Assembly (NCBI RefSeq): GCF_032191835.1
Contig: NC_083224.1
Coordinates: forward strand, 62,434,001-62,498,000
DNA length: 64,000 nt
DNA from: Heteronotia binoei
Taxonomy: Eukaryota
Direction: 5' to 3'
The first letter of the stretch is position 1, and the number at the start of each line of letters is the position of its first letter. A program made the position numbers and the translations under genes. Shown piece after piece: positions 35,998 to 48,055 of this stretch. A model generated the notes under the pieces. That model saw only the letters and a list, made by a program, of their open reading frames with translations. It had not been told where the DNA came from and made no database searches.

Positions 35998-36593
35998 TGA
36001 ACATAAGAACATAAGAGAAGCCATGTTGGATCAGGCCAATGGCCCATCCAGTCCAGCACTCTGTGTCACACAGTGACCAAAAAACCCAAGTGCCATCAAG
36101 AGATCCACCAGTGGGGCTAGAAGCCCTTCCACTGTGCCCCCCCAAGCACAAGAATACAGAGCATCACTGCCCCAGACAGAGAGTTCCAACAATACGCTGT
36201 GGCTAATAGCCACTGATGGGCCTCTGCTCCATATGCTTATCTAATCCCCTCTTGAAGCTGCCACCACCTCCTGTGGCAGTGAATTCCATGTGTTAATCAC
36301 CCTTTTGGTGAAGAAGGACTTTCTTTTATCCATTCTAACCCAACTGCTCAGCAATTTCATTGAATGTCCATGAGTTCTCATATTGTGAGAGAAGTACTTC
36401 TTTCTCTACCTTCTCTATCCCATGCATAATCTTGTAAACCTCTATCATGTCACCCCTCAGTCAACGTTTCTCCAAGCTAAAGAGCCCCAAGCGTTTTAAC
36501 CTTTCTTCATAGGGAAAGTGTTCCAACCCTTGAATCATTCTCGTTGTCCTTTTCTGCACTTTTTCCAATGCTATAATATCCTCTTTGAGGTGC

Positions 36594-36624
<31 letters not shown>

Positions 36625-37170
36625 AAGGCCGCACCATCGATGTATACAGGGGCATTGTAATACTGGCTGATTTGTTTTCAATTCCCTTCCTAATAATTCC
36701 CAGCATGGCATTGGCCTTTTTTATTGTAATCACACACTGTTCCGACATTTTCAGTGAGTTATCTACCACAACCCCAAGATCCCTCTTGGTCAGTCTCTGC
36801 CAGCTCACACCCCATCAACTTGTATTTATAGTTAGGATTTTGGCTCCAATGTGCATTACTTTGGACTTGGCCATGTTGAACCTCATTTGCCACGTTGACA
36901 CCCACTTGCCCAGCCTCGACAGATCCCTTTGGAGTGCCTCACAATCCTCTCTGATTCTAACCACTCCAAACAATTTATTGTCATCCGCAAGCTTAAACTC
37001 TCCACTGCTTATTTCCAACTCTAAATCATTAATGAACAAGTTAAAAAGCATTGGACCCAGTACTGAGCCCTGTGGCATCGCACTGCTTACCATCCTCCAC
37101 TGAGAAAATTGCCCATTTAGACTCACTCTCTGTTTCCTATTAATTAGCCAGTTTTTGATCCACAAGAGGA
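35998..37170 (-). mobile_element. 5'-truncated CR1 LINE (long 3' UTR subfamily)
   Basis: [20 protein letters not shown]; (ATAAGAAC)n tail. Confidence 0.93.
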
Positions 37171-37334
37171 CCGGTTTGGAGAGTGGAGGTGTAAATAAAT
37201 TGTATATAGTAGTTTTACCACTGCTGTGTGCAAGCCTTCATTCTTTGCGTCACCTAAGACCACCCTCGCTAAACACAGGCGCATCAACACCCCACTGCCT
37301 CCCTGGCTGGTTTCCTGCTTCTAACGTATTTGAA

Positions 37335-37905
37335 GAAATTTTTATTGTTGATCTCTATGTTTTTTGTAATATGCTCCTCATAGTCCCCTTTTGCCTGCCT
37401 GATCACAGACTTGCATTTGATTTGCTACCTTCCAGTCCTCAGGAACAGAGGCAGATTTCAGTGAAAGAATACATATTTTTGTCAAGAGATCCACAATTCA
37501 GGAGATCCACAGCCTGTGTTCCCTTTTATTAACATCACTTGGACTAGTTTTCCACCACCTAAAGGAATCCTTATGTTTTACAGCTTCTATTGCTTTGTTT
37601 GTTAACCTTTTTTTAAAAAACCTATTTGTGCCTTTCCCAACTTGTGGTATATATTTTATCTGAGCTACTAGAATTGTAGTTTTAAATAGCCTCCAAATTT
37701 CCCCAAGGGTTTTGACTGTATTTATCTTTCCTTTCAGTTTCCTCTTCACATGCCTCCTTATCTCAGAGAATGTACCCCTTTTAAAATTAAAAGTGGTTGT
37801 GTTGGTCTTTTGGGGCAAGTCCCTATTTATACAAATGGTGAAATCAATAACATTATGGTCACTGCTCCCAAGTGGTGGAAAGGTTTGAAAATCCACACCT
37901 TCATG
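37335..37905 (-). mobile_element. CR1 endonuclease-RT linker fragment with an ~80-bp insert
   Basis: PLGSSDHNVIDF, FNFKRG, KCKSVIRQAKGDYEEHI. Confidence 0.8.
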
Positions 37906-38789
37906 TCTACGCGTGGGTACACCTGCTTTGACTCTGATCTTCTACACAGATTTGGGAAACATCAGGTCAAACCTCTGGAAGCCACAAAATGTGATGAAAG
38001 GAGCACTGGTGGACAAATATGTTGTGTGGATACTTTGAAAAAACTTGTTCCAGTTTGAGAGCTGGGGTGGAGAAAATTCTTTGTGCGGAACCAGTCCATA
38101 TTCATTTTGAAACATGACTAGGGTGCTCATATCTCCTGGGAACACACAGTTAAGTAACATAACATATAGTTCTGAGAGAAATGGAGAATTAACCCAATCA
38201 CTTATTTTCTTAGTCCTTATTTGCCGTCTCCTTGCTTTTAATTAAAGTAAAAAAGTAGGTTTTTGGAACTTAGCAAATCTGTACCATGTTGAGGAAATTT
38301 TTGCTTCCCAATGTTCACAAGATATGCCTGAGGAAATTAGCTCAGCAAGTGTACAGGCAGCTACTGGGATTTAAAAAAGGGAAAGGTTTTTTTTTTGTTT
38401 AAAAAAATATGACAGCTATGGAATGTGCAGGCAAAAGCTGAGAAATACAGCTATGGAATGTTAAAGCCTAACAAAGTACAGTAATAAAATTCCATCACTG
38501 TGAGCAAAATTGAAAAATCTGCTTGTTTCAGTGAAAGCAGCATAAAAAGTCATCTCTTGAGAATAGATGATTTGGTTGCTAATGGACCAGGGGTGTAATG
38601 GTATACATTAGAGAATAGTTACTTTATGCAATCAAAAAAAATTCTGAGCTGCTTCCAGAATACACAACATTTTGCTGTAGAAATATTATTATACCCAACT
38701 TGGATCCCACAAGCATCTGTAAATATTTTTTCAAAACCTGTCCTTGCATACACATTTGTGGTTTGGTTCAGCCTCTCTTTCATTTTACA

Positions 38790-39005
38790 GGGAATATGGT
38801 AGGTTCAGACCCTGATGCTGAGAAAGACAGAAGGTAAAAAAAGAAGGGAATGGCAAAAGATGAGATGGCTGGACAGCATTACTGATGTAACTAACATGAA
38901 TTTGAGTGGACTTTGGAGGATGGTGAAAGACAGGAGGGTCTGGCATGACTTGGTCCATGGGACCGCAAAGAGTCAGACTCAGCTTTGCAACTGAATAACA
39001 ACAAC
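38790..39005 (+). mobile_element. RTE-BovB 3' end
   Basis: GATGAGATGGCTGGACAGCATTACTGA...GCAAAGAGTCAGAC...CAACTGAATAACAACAAC. Confidence 0.8.
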
Positions 39006-39494
39006 ATTGGAGGTTCATGCACACATGATCTCATTCTTGATACTGGGTTGATTCAGGGCCTACATGCACTGAGAGGAAAGAAAGCTTTTTGTTGCCTTAT
39101 GATGAACCATCCTACATCCATGGAATTGTCTGTTTCATGCTGACCATATGGATTCTGAAAAACAGTAAAAGAAAAATGGAATCCACACAGAACATGGTCA
39201 AGTTAAGACCTGCCTCACAAGCACTGTACCCTGCCTTCAGAAGTGAGGCAGCTGGCAATCAAAGACAGGGCTTTTTAGTAGTGGCACCTCACTTGTAGAA
39301 TGCCCTTCCCTCAAGGCTTGCATGGTACCTGTAATGCTTTCTGGAAATTCTGATTTTAAGCCACCAGTGGTCTGTTTTTTACAGGGCTGGGTTTTCAATG
39401 CCAGATTTTAATTAACAGCATTTAATGTTTTGGGTTTTTAAAATTATTTTTATTTCATAAGCTGCCTTGGGCAGGTTCCTGCAGAGGAAGCATT

Positions 39495-40021
39495 ACATGG
39501 CCGGGGACCTACCTACCTACCTAAGGGACCGTCTCTCCCCATATGAGCCCCAGAGGGCACTGAGGTCATCTGGGAAAAACCAGCTGAATATCCCTGGGCC
39601 AAGGGAGGCCAGACTGAAAGCCACCCGGGATCGGGCCTTCTCTATTACTGCTCCACTACTGTGGAACCAACTTCCTGAGGAGGTGAGGGCCATACGATGT
39701 TTAGAGGGATTCCGTAGGGCCTGTAAGACCCACCTTTTCAGGATGGCCTTCAACTAGCGAAAATTAGTGGAAAACTGTGACAAAACTAGATATGCTGCTA
39801 GAAATGCTTTTACTCTTGAAATGTTTTTACTGCTGAAATTTATTGAAATCTGTTATAACGCCATATTATTATGTGAATTTTAATATTTTGTAATTGTTTT
39901 AACCGTGTTTTATAATTGCAACTGTTGTAATGTGTGTTTTATGCTGTGAGCCGCCCTGAGCCTGCTTCGGCGGGGAGGGCGGGATAGAAATAAAAAATTA
40001 TTATTATTATTATTATTATTA
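39495..40021 (+). mobile_element. L2 LINE 3' end
   Basis: RAFSITAPLLWNQLP...KTHLF C-terminus; (TTA)n tail. An older L2 scrap lies at ~39205-39470. Confidence 0.88.
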
Positions 40022-40397
40022 CACTGTTCTAAATAAATAGATATTATTTTCCTGCTTGTCCTTATCATGATAGGGTTTTGACAGCATGCGTACAACAGTT
40101 CTGTGGCCACAGGGATGATTATATCCTGTTACAGTAACATGAATTTTAGAGTGGCTCAAGTGCATCCAGTGCTTCAGTTCTCCCCATGTTTCAGGGCTAC
40201 TCAGGGTCACACTAGATGAGAACTTTGAAAACTGAATTATAAAGCCATGAGACTCAGATTCAGCTCAAGGCTATATGTGGAGGGGAGAGGGGACAACCCC
40301 CACCCCTGCATGGTTTCACTTGTGCTGTATGAGTCTTAAAGGGGGGGGGGGAATAGACAGCAATCCTTTGCTCATTTTTTTGGCCTTAGAATCGGGG

Positions 40398-41596
40398 ATA
40401 AGAACATAAGAACATAAGAGAAGCCATGTTGGATCAGGCCAACGGCCCATCAAGTCCAACACTCTGTGTCACACAGTGGCAAAAAATTTTATATACACAC
40501 ATACACTGTGGCTAATAGCCACTGATGGACCTGTGCTCCATATTTTTATCTAAACCCCTCTTGAAGGTGGCTGTACTTGTGGCCGCCACCACCTCCTGTG
40601 GCAGTGAATTCCACATGTTAATCACCCTTTGGGTGAAGAAGTACTCCTTTTATCCGTTTTAACCTTTCTGCTCAGCAATTTCATCGAATGCCCACGAGTT
40701 CTTGTATTGTGAGAAAGGGAGAAAAGTACTTCTTTCTCTACTTTCTCCATCCCATGCATTATCTTGTAAACCTCTATCATGTCACCCTGCAGTCGATGTT
40801 TCTCCAAGCTAAAGAGTCCCAAGCGTTTCAACCTTTCTTCATTGGGAAAGTGCTCCAGCCCTTTAATCATTCTAGTTGCCCTTCTCTGGACTTTCTCCAA
40901 TGCTATAATATCCTTTTTGAGGTGTGGCGACCAGAACTGCACACAGTACTCCAAATGAGACCGCACCATCGATTTATACAGGGGCATTATGATACTGGCT
41001 GATTTGTTTTCAATCCCCTTCCTAATAATTCCCAGCATGGCGTTGGCCTTTTTTATTGCAGATGCACACTGTCTTGACATTTTCAGTGAGTTATCTACCA
41101 CGACCCCAAGATCTCTCTCTTGGTCAGTCTCTGCCAGTTCACACCCCATCAACTTGTATTTGTAGCTGGGATTCTTGGCCCCAATGTGCATTACTTTGCA
41201 CTTGGCCACATTGAACCGCATCTGCCACGTTGACGCCCACTCACCCAGCCTCAACAGATCCCTTTGGAGTTCCTCACAATCCTCTCTGGTTCTCACCACC
41301 CTGAACAATTTAGTGTCATCCGCAAACTTGGCCACTTCACTGCTCACTCCCAACTCTAAATCATTTATGAACAAGTTAAAGAGCATGGGACCCAGTACCG
41401 AGCCCTGCGGCACCCCACTGCTTACCGTCCTCCACTGCGAAGACTGCCCATTTATACTGACTCTCTGCTTCCTATTACTAAGCCAGTTTTTGATCCACAA
41501 GAGGACCTGTTTTTTTACTCCATGACTCTCAAGTTTTCTAAGGAGCCTTTGATGAGGAACTTTATCAAAAGCTTTCTGGAAGTCAAGGTAAACAAC
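40398..41596 (-). mobile_element. Young 5'-truncated CR1 LINE (microsatellite 3' UTR subfamily)
   Basis: 292-aa open RT frame (40622-41500) with KFADD; (ATAAGAAC)n tail. Confidence 0.95.
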
Positions 41597-42560
41597 TAGA
41601 TGGATCTAGACAGCGGAATTGGGATACTGCTAGAAGCACTCCTGTGGGTAGCTAGTCCACAGGTTATAAGGACTACCTTGAGCCCTTAGGGGATGGGAGG
41701 TATGAGGGAGGAGGAAGGTGGTCAGCTGATGTATGACCTCACAAAAAGGGGAGGCTTCACAGTGACCATAAGGGCTGGACTACTACGATAGCCAATAGAA
41801 AGTTCATTGGTATCACCTAATTGGGTGCCCATTCCTGACCAATGATCAGACTTGGATCCTGGATACCTGAGTGAACTTTCAGGTTGAAATGGACCAGGGT
41901 GGGGATGCTCCACGGGGATAACAAAGAGGAGAATAGGGGAAATCACTGGGTGGAGGTGTGCTTGAGTTTATCACACTTATCTAAAAGGGTGACAATAGAG
42001 GGCTAAATTGTTATCTAAGGTAACACCCGGAATACCCAAAGGAACTTGGCTCAGGCTGAAGATGGTCTTCCTCTTCTTCAGTCTTCTTCTTGGCACCAAT
42101 CTTTGTCTTGAGTTCCGTTAGACAAAGGCAGTGGCAGTTGGACGATTAGTCACTCCTGGGGTGGGTGTATTGCTTGCAATCAAAGGTGACATCTGGCGAG
42201 TATGTGAGCCATCCGCTTCGCTGGAATGGAGTCAGGCCTGGCAGGAAGATGGCTGCGTGTGGTGTTAGCCCTCCACAGTGGATTCCATGGTCAGTGCTTC
42301 AAAACCGTTTGCCTGGATAGCTCCTGGCGGCGTAACCTCCTCCACTCCACAGCTGAGATGGACGTCATACAGAATGACGCGAAGCCATCTGTTCTCCTGG
42401 TGGGCACTCTTGTACCGGTCTCGAGTGCCTCAGTAGCGTCGTGGCTGCTAGTACTGTATAAGTCCCTTTCGCTCCTGGGTAGGTTTGCTCACACTCTCTG
42501 GCCAGACATGTGTGAGCTACTTCTCCAGGTGGTCTGGCAACCAAGTTGGTGACTACGATG
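41597..42560 (-). mobile_element. LTR-like repeat, second diverged copy, 3'-truncated at the CR1
   Basis: Shares CTTGGTTGCCAG, GGCTAACACCAC, GACTCCATT.CAGC and CTATTGTCAC..TTTTAGATAAGT blocks with 33667-34812. Confidence 0.5.
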
Positions 42561-42911
42561 TTCTGTAAGGGGGTTTTTCCTCATAGGTCCCTCTCCTTCC
42601 CTAGCTCCATCCCTAAATTTCCCTACCCATACCCCAACATCCCCTACAGGTGACCAGGGGAACCTAGCAACCCTAAGAACAATTGATGTCCTTTGCTTTG
42701 AATATTTATAGAAATTGAACATCTCCAAATTAAAAAAAACCCAAAGCAAAACCTGAGTCAATCAGACTTCCTTTGGAAGGATTTTCTACAGTTCCACAGC
42801 AGCTTTATTCTGGGGTTAGATTTGTGTTTGGGTTCTATAGGACAATCCTTGCTAAGGGAGGTGAGTTTCTTTCCTGTCAATAGCAAGTATTCTAGTACAC
42901 TTAAAAAAAAT

Positions 42912-43110
42912 ACCTTCAAGTCACAGCTGACTTACGGTGACCCATAGGGTTTTCAAGGCAAAGAATGATCAGGTTTTCCATTGCCTACCTCTGTGTTGCA
43001 ACTTTGGACTTCCTTGGTGGTCTCACATTCAAACACTAACCAGGGCCGACCCTGCTTAGCTTTTCAAGATCTGACCCAATTGGGCTAGCCTGGCCTATCC
43101 AGGTCAGGCT
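42912..43110 (-). mobile_element. 5S-derived SINE
   Basis: CTAACCAGGGCCGACCCTGCTTAGCT (5S ICR, reversed) with RTE-type tail. Confidence 0.72.
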
Positions 43111-44982
43111 TTTAACTTACTAAAAGATTCTAGAGCTCTTGCCTGGCAATGCTACTAGTTTCTGTTATGCCTAAAATTTTCCAAACCCAGCCAGGCTATC
43201 TCAGGCTATTTCCTATAAAGGCTTTTATCTCAAAGCCCATTTGCCTCAACTCTTTTCCTCACAGGGCCCTTTTTGGTTAGATTTGATGAGGTGAGTCAAC
43301 TCTGTAAAACAGCAGGATGTGAGATAGTGATGCAGGGTTAAAACAGATGAAGCCCTAGGAGAGCTGTGATCAGGTCTAGCCTGCTTTTTTAAAAAAGTAA
43401 ATTTCAGGGCAGGGCTCTACAGGGCAGGGAAAGGTGGTTTAATTCTTCCAACCCTGTACAGTTTCATCTAATAAAATTGCACCCCCAATCAACCTTGAAA
43501 GAAAAAAGAAGCACAGTATGGAGGTGATACTGATTGGGAAAACTGGGGTCTTGAAGGACATTGTATCATATAGCCCTAAATTGGATACTGATCACCAGCT
43601 TTGACTGCTATCAGATTCAATCGCTTTCTACAGTTGGGTGAAATCGAAACTAAACTGTCAATTTCCTCTGATCTGTCCTTCTTTGCTTAAGCAAACTCCC
43701 TTCTGTGATTCCTGAGGGCTCCGTGTCCCCCAGAAACAGCATTTCACTGAGATCAATGGGCTGCCATGAGAGGAGGAAGACAGGAAATGTCTGTTCTGCC
43801 CATCAGATGTCTTTCTGGATGTTCCTGGTATTGTTTTATTTATTTTATTTCACAAAATTTGTACTCTACCTTTCTGCCTTCATAACAGCCACAAAGTCAG
43901 CTAACACTTGAAAAAAATACATAATAACCTTATGACTTAAAAACCATAACAAAACCATTTAATTGTGTTTATTGCTCCCCCTGTCATTTTGGTAGGTGTT
44001 AGTCTCCTAGGGCTTGGGGATGAAGCTCTGTAGCTTCTCTGTAGCCAGCCATGTGACTATGCTGTGAAGCTGCAGAGCAGCAAAGCCTCTCTCAACAATT
44101 CAGCTCAGTTGCTCATTAAGAGAATTGGTGGGGCTTAGAGCGACGCTGATGGCCAATTTGCTATAATTAGAGCATCTCCAAGCTCTGGGATCAGGGCACT
44201 GAAGTTTCTCTTGCTCCTGAAAATCATGGGGGTTAGACAGAAACTTGTACCGCATTTCTTGGCCCTGCTGCCCTTTTATTGCAATCTCTACAATTTGTGT
44301 TTCTCAAGGCTGCAACAGAGCCAACCCTTACCTGCCATTACTTTATGTCCTGAGGAGCTGAGTTACTGAGAAATTTTGGAAATAATGTCTGGCTATTCAA
44401 TTTTTGCTGATCATTCAGGCACTTGCTAGTAGCAGATATTAATTGCATGGGCATAATTTCCAAGTGTCTCAGCAGTTTTTTTTTTTTTTTGCAAGAATTA
44501 AACACCCAGAGGCCTCTCAGTAGTAGGATAATGGAGGGATTTCTATTGCCCATCCAGTCGGAATGAAGAGGCAGACACAGTATGTTGGGTATAAACCAGG
44601 ACGCTTTATTGAATAAACTTAACGAAACCTATAACTGGCAGGGATAAAGCCTAGAAGGACAAGCCCTGGGGTCACCCCCTGAACCTGCCTTGTCCTAGAG
44701 GGCGAGCTACCCTGCCCCCAGCACAAACCCACCGTATTTTGGGCTGCTGCTGAGCGGCCAGGCCCAAGCCATTCTCCACCTGAGCTAGCATCAATCCCCC
44801 ATGGAAAGATCTGCCCAGGTGAGGCTTTTCGTGATTGGCATTCCCCGCACTGAGCTGTGTAGCCCATCTGCGGTTCATACCGACCACCCGCACACCAGGT
44901 GCTAAGCCATAGGTGCTCCCCTGTAAACACTGTGGCCAATCCATCCTCCAGCCACTGCCAATGCCAAGCCTCTGCTTAGGCA

Positions 44983-45578
44983 TTAGCGCCCCACCGGACG
45001 GCCCAGAGCCGACCGCAATCCCTGCCAAATTTCCTCTAAAAAGGCCCGGTTGCCCAACTCTGACATATGGACCCCATCCAGCCGATACAAGTCCGCGTCG
45101 GCTACACGTATGGCTGGATATGGAAGAAAGAGCCCTAAGCCACTTTCCATAGCCTTCTGCAGGGCCCTGTTGACCTTGCACCTAGCGCGCTCAATGCCAC
45201 CAGGGGAAAGGGCAAACCTCCAAACCCTGTGCGGCAGAATAGCAGACCATACCAGGACCACACCTGGCCATCTACGCTTGATTTCTCGAAGGTCAGCCAA
45301 TGCTTGCAGCGAGAGGGCTCTGCCCTGCATCAATCCCAAGTCATTACCACCCAGGTGGATGACCAAGATGTGGGGAGGAGTTGCCGTCCTTTCTCTAAAC
45401 AGCAATGGCATGATCCCTGGCCAACGTAGGCCCCGGCGACCCAGCCACTCCACTATTGCCCACTCACTGAGGCCCAGTTGGGTGCCCGCTGGAGACCGCC
45501 TGGCATGATGGGCCGCCCAGAACACCATGCTGTGCCCGCAGATGAGGATACGACACCTCTCACTACAAGCCCCAGCAC
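44983..45578 (-). CDS. SGNH/GDSL-like hydrolase exon, open with all four catalytic blocks
   Basis: ILICGHS (I), GRRGLRW (II), HLGGNDLG (III), DGVH (V); 197 sense codons from the acceptor to the stop. Confidence 0.85.
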
Positions 45579-45689
45579 CTAAAGAAACAGAAAATTGTCA
45601 AACAAGTAATAGCCAACGGGCAATAAAACAGTCGCATGTCCATGCCAACCCTCCTAGGTGACCAATAGGGTGCCAAGCTACATAGGTCC

Positions 45690-46157
45690 CCACCGGCTTC
45701 TGCTTCCCAGATGCCAGGCCCTAACCTCCTGGCGCTCCTTGGCTATGTTAGCCCAAACCGCGTGCCCAAGGCCCGTCACTAAATGGAGATTAGCCGCAAA
45801 ACATGGGGCCGTAGGACCCTGGTAAGGGGTACAGAGCCCCTCAGCAAATCCCTTCCACAAATACTCCCCATCAGCCTTACGCGGATACTTGCTCAGTAAA
45901 CTACTGAGCGCCCTCAGATGAATGAGGCTGGGCCCCTTTTCCAGGGGGCTGCTGGTTGTCATCCCCCCCGGGGCGCTTGACCCCGGCCCTTGGCTTCGAT
46001 TGACTACAAGCCGAGAGGGCGTGAGACCCGCCACACAGTGGGCACTCATGCTTAAACTTGCAGGGTTCTCTAGAGCAGGCGCCCTTCGATGCAAGCTCCC
46101 AGCACGACAGCTGGGGCTGAACCTGCTGGCCCACTGTAACGCGGGCCCCTGAAACAA
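45690..46157 (-). pseudogene. RT N-terminal remnant of Ngaro copy 2
   Basis: LEKGPSLI..L..LLSKYP..ADGEYLWKGF.EG..TPYQGP...ANIAKE aligns with the copy-1 RT start, then stops. Confidence 0.7.
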
Positions 46158-47425
46158 GCTGCTGCTTGAGAACTAAATGTCCGCTATCGGACCTGTCACC
46201 TGGATTTGGCTTTGCCGGGGACATCAACTGCAGCCAAAGCTGCTGGTTAATCTGATCCCATGGCAATTCCGGGTTAACGGCGGCCCTCATACGAAAGGCC
46301 TCGTCGTACTGCAGCCAAGCTGCGCCGGCGAAAGCCCGGTACACGATATCACAATACTGAAAAAGCGCAGCAGCATGAGCCGGCTGCGCCCTTGCGATAA
46401 CTCCTGCATAGATCAGGAAACCTGGCAGCCAATTCGCCCAGGTCCTGTCAACCTTCCTACGTTTCAACTTCTCCTTTTCTTTATCGTCGAGTTCCTCCTT
46501 GTCCTTTTTCTCGACCTCTCTGAAAAGGAGGCTGAAAACATCTACTTTTCACCACGTAGTATCTTATCCTGCGTTGTCGCCATTAGATGGTCCCCCAACG
46601 GCAACGCAGTGTCGCCGTATGGGAGCATATGAAACGGGATGCTGGCATAGGGGTTAGGTGGGTAAAACCACATACCCCTCTGAAAAAACAGCCACGCCCC
46701 CTGCAACTGTGCGTATTGTTGCCCACCCTAGGATAAAACGCCAGGAGGGGGCTGCGCTGCAACGGCCGTCTGTGGCACTGGCGAAGTGGACGCCTGGCCG
46801 GAGGTCAGCAAACCTGGGCTACCTACAACGGACCCTTGGGGGGCTGCGCCCTGAACACCCCAGGCCCAAGATGACCCCGCACCCAACTGATTGGCAGACG
46901 GTCCGCTCTGCCCAAAACCCCACGGCGCTCCCGCTGCTGTGGTGGGGGGGGCGGTACTTGGGTAGGACCCCAAGGCCATGCCTGCTGCTGCTGACGGGGG
47001 GGGGGCTTACCAACATTCCCAGAGAATGGCACCGCGACCGCTGGGGGCTGCTGCACCCTCTCTGCTGCCGCGCGACCGACAGCTGGCTGTTCTGACAAAC
47101 CCTCACCCGGGTCTTCCTCTTGGTCCGGCTCTTGTTGGGGCTCACGCCCAGGTGCTCTGCCCTGCAAAGCAGACAAACGTACCAGCACCTCCTTTTCAAA
47201 GGTCAAACGTGCGGAGCACTCTGTAGCACGGCGACGCCCTTCCCATATGGGAGCGCCCATGGCCACTCTCTGCTGCTCCAGAGCCTCTAACTGGCCCATA
47301 ATGGGCTGTCTTACTTGGGCTTCTTGCCCTGGATCCTCAATGGGACCGGATTGCTGCCCCCGCCTCCTGGGGGGTCGGGCGGGCTGCTTGCCCTTAGATT
47401 TGCCCTGCCCTTTCTTTGGCGCCAT
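45901..47425 (-). pseudogene. ORF1 (gag-like) of Ngaro copy 2, frameshifted
   Basis: MAPKKGQGKSKGKQ start; KRRKVDRTWANWLPGF.IYAGVIAR and CCCH/zinc-knuckle shared with copy 1. Confidence 0.8.
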
Positions 47426-48019
47426 AGTGTCACACCACTAACACCTACAGGCACTCCCACTGCCAACCCACGTCAACACCCTCCCAATAGGCCCCGAAGT
47501 ACCACTGCCCTGCTTTCCACACCAACGTGGTGATTGGGGGGGGGGTGTAGCCTAGGGAGGCTGAAGCAACTCCTGCCAAAGGCAACAAGGGAGTGGGGGG
47601 GGGTAGCAGGCCAAAGCCAGGCACCCACAGCCGTTCAGCACCCAGCTGCCACAGCCCTCCCAGTTGATATGGGGGGGTGAGGGTCGTTGAGGAGGGCTGG
47701 CTAGCAAAACGTATCACCTGGTGGAGGGGGGGCTCCACCTAACACCACCTAAAGACCCCCAAAGAAATGCCTGTCAACCGCGGTCTACTGAGCCCCAATA
47801 ACACCCAGAAGCCAGAAACCCCCCCAAAAAATAGCCGCCGCTTGCGCCTGCCAGCTGTCGCCCACGCCTCAAGGCCGACGCTCGCGCCTAAACTATCACT
47901 GCGCCACGTCCCCCGCTGATCTGAGGCCTTCCTGGCTAAACCCTGCACACATGCAGCTCCTTTGCATGTGGCTCTCCCTCAGAGAGTCCGAAGGAAACTG
48001 CGCACCTCTGGGCGGGGTC

Positions 48020-48055
48020 GGGGCTTATATAGCCCCAACGCCACGCCCAGCTGAA
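48020..48055 (-). promoter_or_regulatory. Candidate Pol II promoter of Ngaro copy 2 (GC box + TATA)
   Basis: Minus strand: CTGGGCGTGGCGTTGGGGCTATATAAGCCCC, about 600 nt upstream of the ORF1 ATG. Confidence 0.45.
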
